Assembly: GCA_964016885.1 (NCBI GenBank)
Contig: OZ024765.1
Span: forward strand, 12,586,001-12,650,000
DNA length: 64,000 nt
Origin: Eledone cirrhosa
Taxonomy: Eukaryota
Direction of reading: 5' to 3'
In this document: positions 1 through 15,345 of the stretch, one piece after another
Position numbering within the stretch: position 1 is the first letter of the stretch
Layout: every line of letters starts with the position of its first letter
Made by a program: the position numbers and the translations under genes
The notes under the pieces: generated by a model
Databases searched by the model: none
What the model saw: the letters and a program-made list of their open reading frames with translations, nothing else
Told to the model about the DNA's origin: nothing

Positions 1-63
1 TATATATATTTGGAAGAAACGGGGAGCTGTGTAGTTAATTGATAAAGTGTATTTAAAAATAAT

Positions 64-250
64 TGTTTCTACTTTAGGCACAAGGCCAGCAATTACCCAG
101 TGCATTACTGGTACTTTATTTTATCGACCCCGTAAGGATGAAAGGCAAAGTCAACCTCGGCGGGATTTGAACTCAGATCGTAAAGGGACATAACTATGCT
201 GGAAAGCATGGCGTCCGACCCTCTACCAATACTGCCAATCCACCGCCCTT
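64..250 (-). mobile_element. tRNA-derived SINE, family A
   Basis: Reverse complement of the unit at 23601-23790. A-box-like TGGCAGTATTGG, B-box GAGTTCAAATCC, central GCCTTTCATCCTTACGGGGTCGATAAAATAAAGTACCAG and tail AATTGCTGGCCTTGTGCCTAAAGTAGAAAC. About 15 copies or fragments in the window. Confidence 0.8.
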
Positions 251-487
251 GGATACACGGTATAAATATGGTAATAAGAGATAAACGGTTTATTGGCAAG
301 AGAATCATTACAATATTAGACATGTTTTGTAGCATTTAGTTAAGGACCTTGAAGTTCAAAGTTCAAATCTCTAAACTCCTGCTCAATGGGAAAGTTTTAA
401 TTATATTACTAAATACCTCCAAAATCTTGGTCAACTTTCCCTTCCATCCATCGTAGAAGTAAATTATTAAAGTATTCACCTCTTTAA

Positions 488-705
488 CCCTTTAGCATTT
501 ACATTACTTTATATATATACTATTGTATTTTTGTGGTAAAGACTTTATCTTACATAATTATCTCATAATATCGAGTCTACGAGATTTTGATATTTATTTT
601 GGAAGCAACACCATAACATAAGTACCAGTGATCAATTACGACTAGTTTGAACAGAAGGAGGTGAGAGGATTCTGGCCGGATGTAGCCAGTTTAAATGCTA
701 AAGGG
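488..705. mobile_element. piggyBac-type MITE
   Basis: TTAA-CCCTTTAGCATTTA ... TAAATGCTAAAGGG-TTAA: 14-bp terminal inverted repeats and TTAA target duplication. Same interior as 3755-3954 in the opposite orientation. Confidence 0.8.
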
Positions 706-2914
706 TTAATAACTTCCATGTGTCAGTAATCTATTGGGTTTCTCTTATGCAAATGATCAATTTATCAAAATCACACATTTCCCAGTTTGTTGTATGATTG
801 ATCTTATATCCTGGTTTAACACTACTGGCATTATTATTGACAGCACTGGTTCACTTGTGATATATAAACTGTCAAATGTATAATATACATGCTGACATTG
901 TAACCTGAGAGACAGTCAATGATGTATGTTTTACAGTAAGTGAAAAAAAAAACAAAAAAATAAAGTGAGTGTAAAACCAATGTTGACATATGCGATGATG
1001 TGTAAATAACAAAAACACCAAGAACCAACAGAAGTAGTGTGGTGTAACAATCATAAAAACTAAGTTTTCTGGAGTGAAAAACATTGTTGGAAAGATAAAA
1101 TCTATGTTTTACAGCTGTTCATATAGATGTATATATCTTAGTATTATTTAAAATAACTCTTTTCTGTATGGACTTCCTTCCGTACAGCACAGATGCAGAA
1201 GATCAAATGGCACAACTCAAGGAACTAAACTAATTCACCAATCAAATCCCTTGCTATACATGTACTGTATAAGTTCCAACAACATTTTAACAAATCACAA
1301 GCATCGTATTTGTTCTTAGGACATTTACACTTGATAGAAACAGCAGCCAGCTCTCACCCAAATGTCATATAGTAAAATCAATATGGAGGACAGCTACACC
1401 AATATATACAAATTCTCTACACACAATCTTGACAAACATGCTAGCAAATTTCCATTAAATCACAGTCTTAAAAATGGAAGAATACATCAGACAATGTAAT
1501 CTATGACATAGAAAAAGATAGGATGTTCATGGTGAGAAAACCTTTTTATACATCTGCTCAATCAAAACGAGAGAGAGGGAGAATCAATCGACAAGGTCCC
1601 AGACCTCATTCACTTACAAATTGGGGTGGAACTCGTCAAATCAAACCAAGGAAACGATGTTTCCCATGGTCTTTACCATTGCTGATTCTAACTACTGGTT
1701 GCAATGTGAAATAAAGTGTCTTGCTCAAGGACATAATGCATTGCCCAGTCCAAAAATCAAACTCACAACCTCATGATTGCAAATCCAATTCTCTAACCAC
1801 TTGGCAGTCGCATTCGAGGCCTCAGGTGTCCTCAGGCCCCGGACAGCTGGCCTTCTCCGTAAAATCGGATCAATAGCAGCCTGTCTGAAGAAGGAGCCCT
1901 GTGATGTAGAGGTGGCTGTTGCAGCAGGTGTCACTGGCCATTATCCGCAGAAATACCTTTGCCATTTTATCAGCAGGGCACAGCTGAAACACTGCTCTGA
2001 CCTAGGTGTAGAGTATCACCATCCTCTCTTCCCCCTTTCTTCCTTTGTCTAATAGTCCTTGCTCTTCCGCTCCTTTTCCTATCATATATGGCACTTATAG
2101 TCCTTTCCAATGCTGCTTTCTTTTTCTGTATGTTTGACCTTGGGTTAAACAACATCTAAAGTATATTGGCCATCCCTTACATAATTTGCTTTCTATTTAA
2201 ACTTCCTTCAAGTTGTTCCGCCATGCATGTGCAAGAGTGAATATAAGGAAAAAGAAAGCCTAAAATATTGAGGTCACAAAATTTACATTAATGGCCATCT
2301 TCCACACTAGCATGGGTTAGACGGTTTAGTTCCATTTGATGCGGGATTGGTCGGGAGACCGTGTCTCGCTCGTATGGAAGTGTCTCTCGCAGATTTTCTA
2401 CGGCTGGATGCCCTTCCTAACACCAACCACTTTTACAGTGTGAACATAACAGACAAATGTGGAGAACTAGAAGCAAGAATCAAAGAATCAATTTTATTGG
2501 GATGATGCAAAGTTAACCAATTTCATTAATTAATTTTAATTAACAACTGCTGTAGTTTGACATCATAAAATCAATAAAAACAGTTAATTTTGCATCAACT
2601 TATGACTTTTGTTAAGTCATGCTCCAAATACCAGCTTAATAATGTGAAAGTTATATTACTAAATCCCTATAAATGTATTTCATGAGGCATGGTAATGCAA
2701 GGATTAAAGAGTTTATATTTATCTAAAAACCCTTCCATCATAATTCTATATAAAAATGTTTGTTCTGTTATGTTCCTAACACTGATTCTAGGATATATAA
2801 CAGTTTATTTTAAAGTGATTATATAAACACAAATCTTATATAAAAATTTTTTAAGTTATGCTCCAAACACCAGCTTAATTTATATTAAAACCCTGCAAAT
2901 TTATCATTGTTTTA

Positions 2915-3125
2915 AGGATGGTGGATTGGCAGAATCATTAGTGTCAGACATGTTTTGCAGCATAGAGTTACGGCCTTTTACATTCTAATTTCAAATCCAG
3001 ATGAGGTAAGCTTTGCCTTTCATCCTTATGAGGGGTCGATAAAATACCAGTAATGCACTGGATCGATTTAATTGACTTTCCCTCCCCCAAAATTGTTGGC
3101 CTTGTGTCTAAAAATCAGAAACCTT
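2915..3125 (+). mobile_element. tRNA-derived SINE, family A (diverged)
   Basis: GGTGGATTGGCAGAATC head, GCCTTTCATCCTTATGAGGGGTCGATAAAA core, TTGGCCTTGTGTC tail. Confidence 0.7.
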
Positions 3126-3194
3126 TATTTTATAAAGTATTTGAAATACAATATTTCTAATAAAAGACACTGGCTGTGTAAGGCAGGAGTTTAA

Positions 3195-3348
3195 CCCTTT
3201 CAGTTCAAACCGGCTGTAACTGTCTCCCTCATACCTACATTAAGGTATTCTCAAAATAAATAACATCAAAATCTCAGATTCAATATTATGTGAGGTAAAG
3301 CCTTTAAATATAATAGTATATATAGAATAATGTAAATGCTAAAAAGGA
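3195..3348. mobile_element. piggyBac-type MITE, internally deleted
   Basis: TTAACCCTTT start, TAAATGCTAAAAAGGATTAA end, interior matches 3755-3954. Confidence 0.6.
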
Positions 3349-3396
3349 TTAAAACAAAGTTTTGTAGAACTAACTGGTGGTGATGTCAAGCTGGGT

Positions 3397-3441
<45 letters not shown>

Positions 3442-3754
3442 AAAATACGTGACCAAGAGTGATGACAAACAAGAAAAAGTAGTAAAAGGGAAAAGAAATG
3501 TTAAAATCTACTTGCAGACCATCAGTGAAACCTTCACTTCCTGTCTGACTTCACTGATAAGAGGCGGAAGTTTCGATGTAGTAATGTGCTATTTATTTTA
3601 ACAAGTGGCCAGTGTTCAGAGAGACAAAACAAGCATAGTATAGTAGAGATTGTTGTTTAGCAGCAAATCAGGTCTGATTAACCTTTTTTTTTTAATACAT
3701 ACCCGCCCAAAACACTGCCCCCCTGGTTCAATGAAATAAAACCACCCATTTTAA

Positions 3755-3954
3755 CCCTTTAGCATTTAAACCAACCGCATCCGGCCAGAATTCTCACCTC
3801 TTTCTGTTCAAACCGGCCATAACTGTCTCCTCATACAGACTTTAAGGTATTGTTCTCAAAATAAATATCAAAATCTCATAGATTCGATATTTTAGGTAGA
3901 GACTTTACCATGTAAATACAATAGTAAATATAGAATAATGTAAATGCTAAAGGG
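3755..3954. mobile_element. piggyBac-type MITE
   Basis: TTAA CCCTTTAGCATTTA ... TAAATGCTAAAGGG TTAA. Confidence 0.8.
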
Positions 3955-4803
3955 TTAAAGGTTTCCTCCACTTCATCTTTTCCATGCTGGCATGGGTCGG
4001 ACAATGTTTTAAGGCAATGTTTTACAGCCAGATACCCTTCCTAACACCAACCCTTTTAGTTATCTCTTACCAATTTTAGGAAAACCCTCCAAATTCTCCA
4101 TTAAAGAATTTTAATACATAATTATCATCATTTAACTTGAATGGGCGAGAGGGGTTGTTGCATGCACATGCTTGCTGAAGTTAGAGTGGTCAGGTGACCC
4201 TGACCTGCTCGTATGCTGTTTTCGCTTGGTTTCTATAGTTGGGTGCCCTTATGGAAGATTTCTTTAACAATAAGGGCTCCAGTCATATCGTGAAAAGCAA
4301 CCTGAAACGAGTCTTGCTCAAGAACATAATGCAAACATCCACCCCCATAATGAAAAGCAATGTAAAATGAAATTACTAAAAAAAATGTGCCACCCAGCCT
4401 AGGAATCAAACTTATGACCTTATGGTTGTGTGTGTCAAGTGCGTTAACCACTAGGCTAGGCCAGGCCAATAAATATGAAGTACCAACCAAGTACAGTTGA
4501 TTAAATTGGCCCTATACTGCACCCACCATGAAATTTTGCTGACGGTTTTCTAGGGTTTATATTAGGATTATGTTGATGGAATTAAAAATAAAACAATACT
4601 TTCATTAGTGTGCATGTGCGTCATCATCATCATCATCATTTAAGTCCAAGTTATGAGGCAAGTTTGGCCAGTTGGCCACTCCGTATCTTGCTCAATATAT
4701 ATATAATATGTAGGGTCTTGATGTAAAGTATATTCATTTTATTATAGAAATGACTTTTACAGGGCTAGAACTGTAACATCAGGATGATTTCATACAAATG
4801 AAA

Positions 4804-4845
<42 letters not shown>

Positions 4846-5349
4846 TTTGTTAATGCTCGCTTTCATTTACAATATACAATCTGTATTTACAGTAAGCGAA
4901 ATGTATATTCAGACAGACTCATTTCTAAATGAATTGCTCCAATTGTGTCCAAACTGTCGATTTTTTTCACCCAATGGTAGGTGGTGGATGGGATTTGAAA
5001 GTGATTTTGCTGCCATTTCTATCTATTAAGTCAACCGACACCCGAGAAGCTTTCATTTGACTCATATAGACAAACATTTCTTTTGTTGAATGGGAGAAAG
5101 GGGAGAAGAAACTTAAATAAATATGGGAAAAAAATATATGCAGAAGCTGGCAGAGAGGGAAGGAAAGACATCAGGCCAGGGATAGTGAGAGAGACAGGGA
5201 AGTAGAGAGGAGGGTGAATGGCCTAGAGAAGACATCAGACTGATGTAATAATACACCTAACAGAATAGGGTAGAGATGATCGGGAGGGGGATGGCAAGGA
5301 TGCAGAGAGCGGGAAGCGATGAAAAAAAGACAAAGAACTATAGTTGTTA

Positions 5350-5806
5350 ATATTGAAGCTATGATGTGTTTTCACCCCAAATAAACCAGATCTCACAGTA
5401 TGAAGCTGGGATGTGTTTAGCCCCAAGTAAACCAGATCAGTATTAAAACTGGGATGTGTTTGGCCCTGAGTAAACCAGATCTCTTATTAAAACTGGGATG
5501 TGTTTGGTCCTGAGTAAACCAGATCTCTTATTAAAACTGGGATGTGTTTTAGCCCCGAATAAACCAGATCAGTATTGAAGCCGGGATGTGTTTAATCCTG
5601 AGTAAAACAGATTGCTTAGTTTTAAAACTGGGATGTGTTTTAGCCCCGAGATATCCAGATCTATTAGTATTAAAACTGGGATGCATTTAGCCCCGAGATC
5701 TCCAGATCTATTAGTATTAAAACTGATGTGTTTAGCCTCGAGATATCCAGATCTATTAGTTTTAAAACTGGGATATTATGTTTTAGCTCCGAGTTAAACA
5801 GATCTA
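5350..5806. repeat. Minisatellite, about 41-44 bp unit, about 10 copies
   Basis: Repeated ATTAAAACTGGGATGTGTTTAGCCCCGAG...CCAGATCT(ATTAGT). Confidence 0.85.
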
Positions 5807-6126
5807 TAATTTATGTCGAATACTTACACTTGAAAGTGATTGAGAATTAAAATTATATTTTAATAGTATATTTCTAGGATATAATTACACAATGTACAGA
5901 ATATATATATATAACTTACAGGATTAAATGTATGAGTAACTTAGGAGAAATAACTATTTACGGGCCCAAATGTAGGGTTAAAACCCAGGACCACGTGATT
6001 GGAAAGCAATTTGTAACAAAAGGAGTGATTCAGGGAATGCATTGTGTATATGTATATATGGGTGGCTGCATGAGAATTACAGACAGATATATATATATAA
6101 ATATACAAATACACAATGTATTATTC

Positions 6127-6565
6127 AGGGCGGTGGATTGACAGTATCGGTAGTGTGTTGGACACTGTTTTGCGGCATAGAGTTACAACACTTTACGTTC
6201 TGAGTTCAAATCCCACCGAGGTTAGCTTTGCCTTTCATCCTTACGGGGGTTGATAAAATAAAGTACCAGTAAAATACTGGAGTCGATTTAATCGACTTTC
6301 CCCTCTCCTAAGATTGCTGGCCTTGTGCCTATATCAGAAATCCTTATTATTATGGTTGATACTGTCAAAGGGCGGGGTGGTTTGGCAGTATAGGGAGAGC
6401 GTCAGACACCATGCTTTGCAACATAGAGCTATGGCCCTTTACGTTCCGAGTTCAAATCCCGCCGAGGTTAACTTTGCCTTTCATTCTTACGTGGTCGATA
6501 AAATAAAGCACCAGTAATGTAATGGGAGTAATTGCCGGCCTTGTGCCAAAGGTCGAAACAATTAT
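6127..6565 (+). mobile_element. Two head-to-tail SINE family A copies
   Basis: Two successive units with B-box GAGTTCAAATCCC (about 6203 and 6449), each followed by the GCCTTTCAT core and GGCCTTGTGCC tail. Confidence 0.75.
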
Positions 6566-6991
6566 TACGGCTTACAACGAAACAAATTGTAACCATCACG
6601 CAAAGCGCATCCACATCGATCGTTTAGCTTGCGGCCTTCTTAAGAAACGAAAGGCCTCGATGAAGAAAGAGGAAAAGGAAGATTGTGACACTTTAGTAAC
6701 TTTCTCACGACACAAATCTAACGACGGGGGCGAAGTCGAGTCGAGATTAAATAGATACAACCGGAAATTTGCTCTCGTTTTTTTTTGTGTGTGTGTGTGT
6801 GTGTGTCTTTAGTCCCGGGGTCAAATTTGAACAAACAAATCTACAATAATCAAAAAGGCATTCATGCCAGGGAAAATAAAAATATGTACAGCTTTCATCT
6901 ATGTAGGTTGTAGCTGGCCTCCTACAAAATAGTATTTTATACAAAATCACGCATTCGTATACATATATATACATCATAGTGTGTGTGTATG

Positions 6992-7036
<45 letters not shown>

Positions 7037-7039
<3 letters not shown>

Positions 7040-7229
7040 TTAATATAGATGAGATTCTACAGGACTAGAACTGTTTCATTCTTTAGAAATCATCAGGGAT
7101 TCCTGATGATTTCTAAAGAATGAAACAGTTCTAGTCCTGTAGAATCTCATCTATATTAAAACCTTTATACTCTGCTATGTATTGAGTACCTTACTTACTG
7201 TGGTTACCTCCGATTCAACCCGGAATAAC

Positions 7230-7230
<1 letters not shown>
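7037..7230 (+). mobile_element. Fold-back hammerhead element, family H1 (Penelope pseudo-LTR-like), in (TA)n
   Basis: About 60-bp inverted arms centred near 7099, then a unique tail with TATTGAGTAC. (TA)n on both sides. Near-identical copy at 21330-21520. Confidence 0.7.
7096..7148 (+). ncRNA. Type I hammerhead ribozyme (H1)
   Basis: GGGATTC-CTGATGA-TTTCTAAAGAAT-GAAA-CAG(TTCTAGTC)CTG-TA-GAATCTC. Stem I 7 bp, minimal stem II, stem III ACAG/CTGT, GUA triplet. Confidence 0.7.
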
Positions 7231-7265
<35 letters not shown>

Positions 7266-7289
7266 GTACCCAGTTCCACCCTGTTAGGC

Positions 7290-7478
7290 GGTCGTTCCGG
7301 TGCCACGTTAAAAAGCATTCAGTCCACGCTGTAATGTGGTCGGTATTAGAAAGGGCATCCAGTCGTAGAAACCAAACTAATACAGACCCATATGAAAGTC
7401 ACCTGTCCTGACCAGGCTAGTCTCTCAACGTGACAACGTAACTAACCTATGCAGGCATGGAAAATAGACGGTAATGAA
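7290..7478 (+). mobile_element. SINE family B 3' half
   Basis: GGTGCCACGTTAAAAAGCA...CTGTAATGTGG...AAGGGCATCCAGTCGTAGAAA...GCATGGAAAATAGACG, as in 50235-50625. Confidence 0.6.
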
Positions 7479-7729
7479 GGTTTATATATATATATATACA
7501 TACATACATACATACATACACACCTGTTCCTTTAAAACCTCATGTTAGAATTTGAAACATTGGCTACTATTTCTAGCAGGTCAAACGAAACGACCTCACC
7601 ATAGCGGCCTTCCTCCATCGTGCGCAGTTATGATTACGGTATAGACGAAAGGAGAGGCTTGTACCGATTATATCGACCTTTCAGCGAGATCGATAAGTTT
7701 ATATAACTGTGCACACACACACACACACG

Positions 7730-7796
<67 letters not shown>

Positions 7797-7898
7797 TGGT
7801 AGAAGTCTCCTGAAGTTGCCACTGTCTCATCCGTGTCAAGGAGTTCACTACTACTACTAGACTCAACTGACCTTAGTCCACGTAGCAGTAAATAAGTG

Positions 7899-7954
<56 letters not shown>

Positions 7955-8329
7955 GTACACGAGTGTAAAATGTTCTGTAAAAAAAGATCGGTTCTAAGTA
8001 CTAGTTCCGAGAGATCTAAATGGAGTCTGCTGTAGTGTTATTATAAACTTAGAGGGATGGTTCATTTAGATTGGCTGGCAGCATTGCTTGAACACCACAC
8101 ATATATATACACATATATATATATATATGTGTGTGTACATATATACATACAGGCGTAAAGAGATTCTCTCTACTCTAGAATAAATAAATAAATATATGTA
8201 GGTTGTTTAAATTCTCTAACAAAGAAACAGGCTGGGTTTATAAAAAAAGAAAAAAGCATTAGATTCTTTCCACCAATACGTGGTCGTAGAGGGGGTGCAG
8301 AGATAATGAGAATAGTGAGAGAGGGTATA

Positions 8330-8558
8330 AGTTATTTAGGCACAAGGCAAGCAAACCTTATGGGACGGGAAGGGCAAAGTTGATGAAAATCAACCTCAGT
8401 ACTTGATTGGAACATTATTTTATCGACCTGATGAGGATAGATTAAAAATGTAAATTTAACTTCGGCGGGATCTGAACTGAGAATTTGTAAAGAGCTAGAA
8501 CGAATACCGCAATGGCATCTTATCAGAAGCTCTAGCAATTCTGACAGTCCACCGCCCT
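8330..8558 (-). mobile_element. tRNA-derived SINE, family A (diverged)
   Basis: TAGGCACAAGGC, TTTTATCGACC, GGCGGGATCTGAACT and CCACCGCCCT match the reverse complement of family A. Confidence 0.65.
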
Positions 8559-9237
8559 TAATTCAGTGTGTATAACGCCGACAAGAGGGTGGGTGTGTCG
8601 ATGATGAATCGGGGTGGAAGGTCAAAGGGTAAATCGAGTTATGCTTGGCGTGAAGGTGGGTGGTAAAATTAAGTGAAAAAAAACAACAAAAAAAACTGCC
8701 AGTTTAAATCTTACGTGTCTGAGCAAGTTTATACCGGGACAGATTTTGTTTTTTTAAAACCATATCTATCTGGCCTTCAGCTACACACACACAAACTTTA
8801 CAAATACAGAAACGCATACTGCTGTGCACTAAATATTTACAACTAAAATAATATAGATTAACACGCAAAATTACATCTATACAAACAGGCTTACACACAT
8901 ACACACTAATGCGTGTAATACTAAATTCTTACAAATATAAATTCACTCATACATACAAACATTAACACGCAAATTGTCTGCAAACAGCTTACGCATACAT
9001 ATATATATATATATATACATACATACATACACACACACAAACCTCAATATATATAATAGGGGTTGACATATTCAGACACACAACCAAAGCTCTCCACTCA
9101 GGTCAACAGGCTAATAGATTTAACAGTAACCCATCTCCATCCATTAAAACAATGAAGCAATTATGAAATACCATAACGTCGCCGTTAGGTTTGCATACTG
9201 ACACTGCTGTCAGTACAAGATATACATTAGCTCTCTC

Positions 9238-9481
9238 TATATATATATGTATGACACATATATATATATATATATATATATATGTGAGTATGTATACATG
9301 TATACACACATATATATACACATATATATATATACACACATATATATACATATATATACATATATATACATATATGTGAGTATGTATACATGTATACACA
9401 CATATATATACACATATATATATATACACACATATATATACATATATATACATATATATACATATACATACATATATATAC

Positions 9482-9528
<47 letters not shown>

Positions 9529-9873
9529 CATATACATACATATATATACATATACATACATATATATACATATACATACATATACATACATATATATACA
9601 TATACATACATATACATACATATATATACATATATATACATATACATACATACACATACATATATATACATATATATATACATATATATATATACATATA
9701 TACATATACATACATACATATATATATATATACATATATATATATACATATATACATATATATATATACATATATATATATACATATATATATACATATA
9801 TATATACATATATATATATACATATATATATATACATATATATATATACATATATATACATATATATATATAC

Positions 9874-9904
<31 letters not shown>

Positions 9905-9945
9905 CATATATATATACATATATATATACATATATATACATATAC

Positions 9946-9976
<31 letters not shown>

Positions 9977-10329
9977 CATACATATATATATATACATATA
10001 CATATACATATATACATATACATATACATACATATACATATATATACATATACATATATATACATATATATACATATACATACATATACATACATATACA
10101 TATATATACATATATATACATATACATATATATACATATACATATATATACATATACATATATATACATATACATATATATACATATACATATATATACA
10201 TATACATATATATACATATACATATATATACATATACATATATATACATATACATATATATACATATATATACATATACATATATATACATATACATATA
10301 TATACATATATATACATATACATATATAT

Positions 10330-10368
<39 letters not shown>

Positions 10369-11369
10369 CATACATACACATATACATATACACATACACA
10401 TACATATACACATACATATACACATATATACATATATACATATATACATATACATCCATACACACATACATCCATACATCCATACATCCATACATCCATA
10501 CATCCATACATCCATACATCCATACATCCATACATACATACATCCATATATACATACATCCATATATACATACATCCATATATACATACATCCATATATA
10601 CATACATCCATATATACATACATCCATATATACATACATCCATATATACATACATCCATATATACATACATCCATATATACATACATCCATATATACATA
10701 CATCCATATATACATACATCCATATATACATACATCCATATATACATACATCCATATATACATACATCCATATATACATACATCCATATATACATACATC
10801 CATATATACATACATCCATATATACATACATCCATATATACATACATCCATATATACATACATATATATATACATACATCCATATATACATACATATATA
10901 TATACATACATCCATATATACATACATCCATATATATATACATACATCCATATATACATACATCCATATATATATACATACATCCATATATACATACATC
11001 CATATATACATACATCCATATATATATACATACATCTATACACATACATATATATATATATACATACATCTATACACATACATATATATATATATACATA
11101 CATATATACACATACATATATATATATATATACATACATATATACACATACATATATATATATATACATACATATATATATACATACATATATATATACA
11201 TACATATATACACATACATATATATATATATACATACATATATACACATACATATATATATATATACATACACATATATATATATATACATACATACATA
11301 TATATACATACATACATATACACATACATATACATACACACATACATACACACATACATATACATACAC

Positions 11370-11400
<31 letters not shown>

Positions 11401-13997
11401 CATACACATACATATACATACATATATATATACACATACATATACATACATATATATATACACATACATATATATATACACATACATATACATACATATA
11501 TATATACACATACATATACATACATATATATATACACATACATATACATACACATATATATACACATACATATACATACACATATATATACATACATACA
11601 TATATACATACATACATATATACATACACATATATATACATACATACATATATACATACATACATACATACATACACATATATATACACACATACATATA
11701 TACACATATATATATACACACATATATATATACACACATATATACACACATATATATACACACATATATATACACACATATATATACACACATATATATA
11801 CACACATATATATACACACATATATATACACACATATATACACACATATATATATACACATATATATATACACATATATATATACACATATACATATACA
11901 CATATACATATACACATATACATATACACATACACATATACACATACACATACACACATATATATACACATATATACACATATATATATACACATATATA
12001 CACATATACACATATATATACACACATACACATACATATATACACATACACATATATATATACACATACACATATATATATACACATACACATATATATA
12101 TACACATACACATATATATATACACATACACATATATATATACACATACACATATATATACACATACACATATATATATACACATACACATATATATATA
12201 CACATACACATATATATATACACATACACATATATATATACACATACACATATATATATACACATACACATATATATATACACATACACATATATATATA
12301 CACATACACATATATATATATACACATACACATATATATATACACATACACATATATATATACACATACACATATACACATACACATACACATATACACA
12401 TACACATATATATATACACATACACATATATATATACACATACACATATATATATACACATACACATATATATATACACATACACATATATATATACACA
12501 TACACATATATATATACACATACACATATATATATACACATACACATATATATATACACACACATATATATATATACACATACACATATATATATATACA
12601 CATACACATATATATACACATATATATATACACATACACATATATATATACACATACACATATATATATACACATACACATATATATATACACATACACA
12701 TATATATATACACATACACATATATATATACACATACACATATATATATACACATACACATATATATATACACATACACATATATATACACATACACATA
12801 TATATATACACATACACATATATATATACACATACACATATATATATACACATACACATATATATATACACATACACATATATATATACACATACACATA
12901 TATATATACACATACACATATATATATACACATACACATATATATATACACATACACATATATATATACACATACACATATATATATACACATACACATA
13001 TATATATACACATACACATATATATATACACATACACATATATATATACACATACACATATATATATACACATACACATATACATATACACATACACATA
13101 CACATATACACATACACATACACATATACATACACATACACATATACATACACATACACATATACATACACATATACATATACATACACATATATATATA
13201 CATACACATATATATATATACATACACATATATATATATACATACACATATATATATATACATACACATATATATATATACATACACATATATATATATA
13301 CATACACATATATATATATACATACACATATATATATATACATACACATATATATATATACATACACATATATATATATACATACACATATATATATATA
13401 CATACACATATATATATATACATACACATATATATATATACATACACATATATATATATACATACACATATATATATATACATACACATATATATATATA
13501 CATACACATATATATATATACATACACATATATATATATACATACACATATATATATATACATACACATATATATATATACATACACATATATATATATA
13601 CATACACATATATATATATACATACACATATATATATATACATACACATATATATATATACATACACATATATATATATACATACACATATATATATATA
13701 CATACACATATATATATATACATACACATATATATATATACATACACATATATATATATACATACACATATATATATATACATACACATATATATATACA
13801 TACACATATATATATACATACACATATATATATACATACACATATATATATACATACACATACATACACATACACATACATATATATATATATATATACA
13901 TATGTATATGTATATATGTATATGTATATATGTATATATACATATGTATATATATAAATATTTACGTACATATATTATATATGTATGTGTATATGTG
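9238..13997. repeat. About 4.75-kb compound (TA/CA) microsatellite field with 16- and 20-bp higher-order units
   Basis: Blocks of TACATA, CATCCATATATACATA, CACATACACATATATATATA and CATACACATATATATATATA. All long Y/I/H/T/C/V/M ORFs here are artefacts. Confidence 0.97.
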
Positions 13998-14153
13998 TGA
14001 GAGAGTTGGACCTCCGTCGCTTTCGGCGACGAGTGCTCCAGTTGATTCATTCAACGCAACCGTCTGCTCGTGAAATTAACCCGTAAGTGGCTGAGCATTC
14101 AAGGTGTGCGCGTGCGTGTCCCCTTGCGGACGTAAAATGATGATGATGATGAG

Positions 14154-14193
<40 letters not shown>

Positions 14194-14399
14194 GTGCGTG
14201 CGTGTGTAACGTTTTTCGAAATATTTACTGCGTTCACAGATTGATTTTTTTTAGTTTCAGAAGATCCCGTTAAGGGTGGCAGTAGCGATTCTTTGCTTAA
14301 ACTTTAATCTGTTATTTTAATATCATATAATATATATATAATTATATATTCGTATACAGATATTTTTGCATTCACAATAACAAAATATAAACAAACATT

Positions 14400-14478
14400 T
14401 ATTTCACGAGGTTCGATAAGGATAAATATATATGAACCCTAGAGCAAATCCCGAGCAGCGCCGAGCCATTCTGCTAGT
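14400..14478 (+). mobile_element. Helitron-like 3' end
   Basis: CCCGAGCAGCGCCGAGCCATTCTGCTAGT: a GC-rich imperfect hairpin followed by CTAG-T, the typical Helitron 3' terminus. Confidence 0.45.
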
Positions 14479-15094
14479 ATAATATAAAGCTTTAATATAT
14501 ACATATATAAGTAAATGTATGTATGTGTGCCTGCATGTTCCATGCTATAGGCCACGTTTTTGCGCCAAGGAATATTTTACCTCAGTAACGGTTTTGCCAA
14601 CCCACACAGCCTTAATTTGAACTAGGAATGGAAAGGAACTCAAATGCGTTCAGTCTATCACCATCTCGGTCACCTCCAGCAATCACCGTGTGCGAGCGTT
14701 GTGAAGTTTCAAATGTTAAAGGACGGTTGGTCCCCCTCGGGGGGTCCAGCCGGATCATTTGGAGACGGTTGCTTCTTATGGGACCCTCTGTTTAACAATT
14801 TAATACTTATATGTATATATATGTATATATATGCGTGTGTGTGTATGCGTGTGTATGCGTGCGTGCGTGCAGGATTGCAACCTCCCACCCTACGACCTAC
14901 TCCTTGGAATAAGTGGGAGACAAAGACAGAAAAGGATGGCGAGGTGGGGTTGGAGAGGCAATTCTACCAAGACACCGCCTTCATTTCAACTATCTATCTA
15001 GCTAGCTGCTTCTCTCAACTTCTCTCTCAACATTTCGGTCACCTCCAGCAAACACGATGTCAGTGCGTGTGAGTATTACGAAGTTTTAAAATGA

Positions 15095-15345
15095 AGATGA
15101 TAGTGTGTAGCGGTATAAAGAGGATAGTGCGTATGTGTGTGAGAAGAGGATAGTGTGTGTGTGTGTGTGAAAAGAGTGTGTGTGTGTGTGTGTGAAAAGA
15201 GGATAGTGTGTGTGTGTGTGTGAAAGAGGATAGTGTGTGTGAGAAGAGGATAGTGTGTGTGAGAAGAGGATAGTGTGTGTGAGAAGAGGAGTGTGTATGA
15301 GAAGAGGATAGTGTGTATGAGAAGAGGATAGTGTGTTGTGTGTTT
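15095..15345. repeat. Short tandem repeat (GAGAAGAGGATAGTGTGTGT)n
   Basis: About 20-bp unit with variable GT tract, about 10 copies. Confidence 0.85.

Noticed and set aside
1815-2260. Possible ancient LINE or exon fragment (RKKGGRG-like peptide on the minus strand; similar at 28600-28800)
   Set aside because: Too degenerate to assign by eye; needs a translated search.
4690-4806. H1-like remnant (also 49116-49166)
   Set aside because: Recognisably H1-related but rearranged or truncated in the core, so not called as ribozymes.
9103-14073. ORFs of 600-1600 aa rich in Y/I/H/T/C/V/M
   Set aside because: They are translations of TA/CA microsatellite, which lacks stop codons in most frames.
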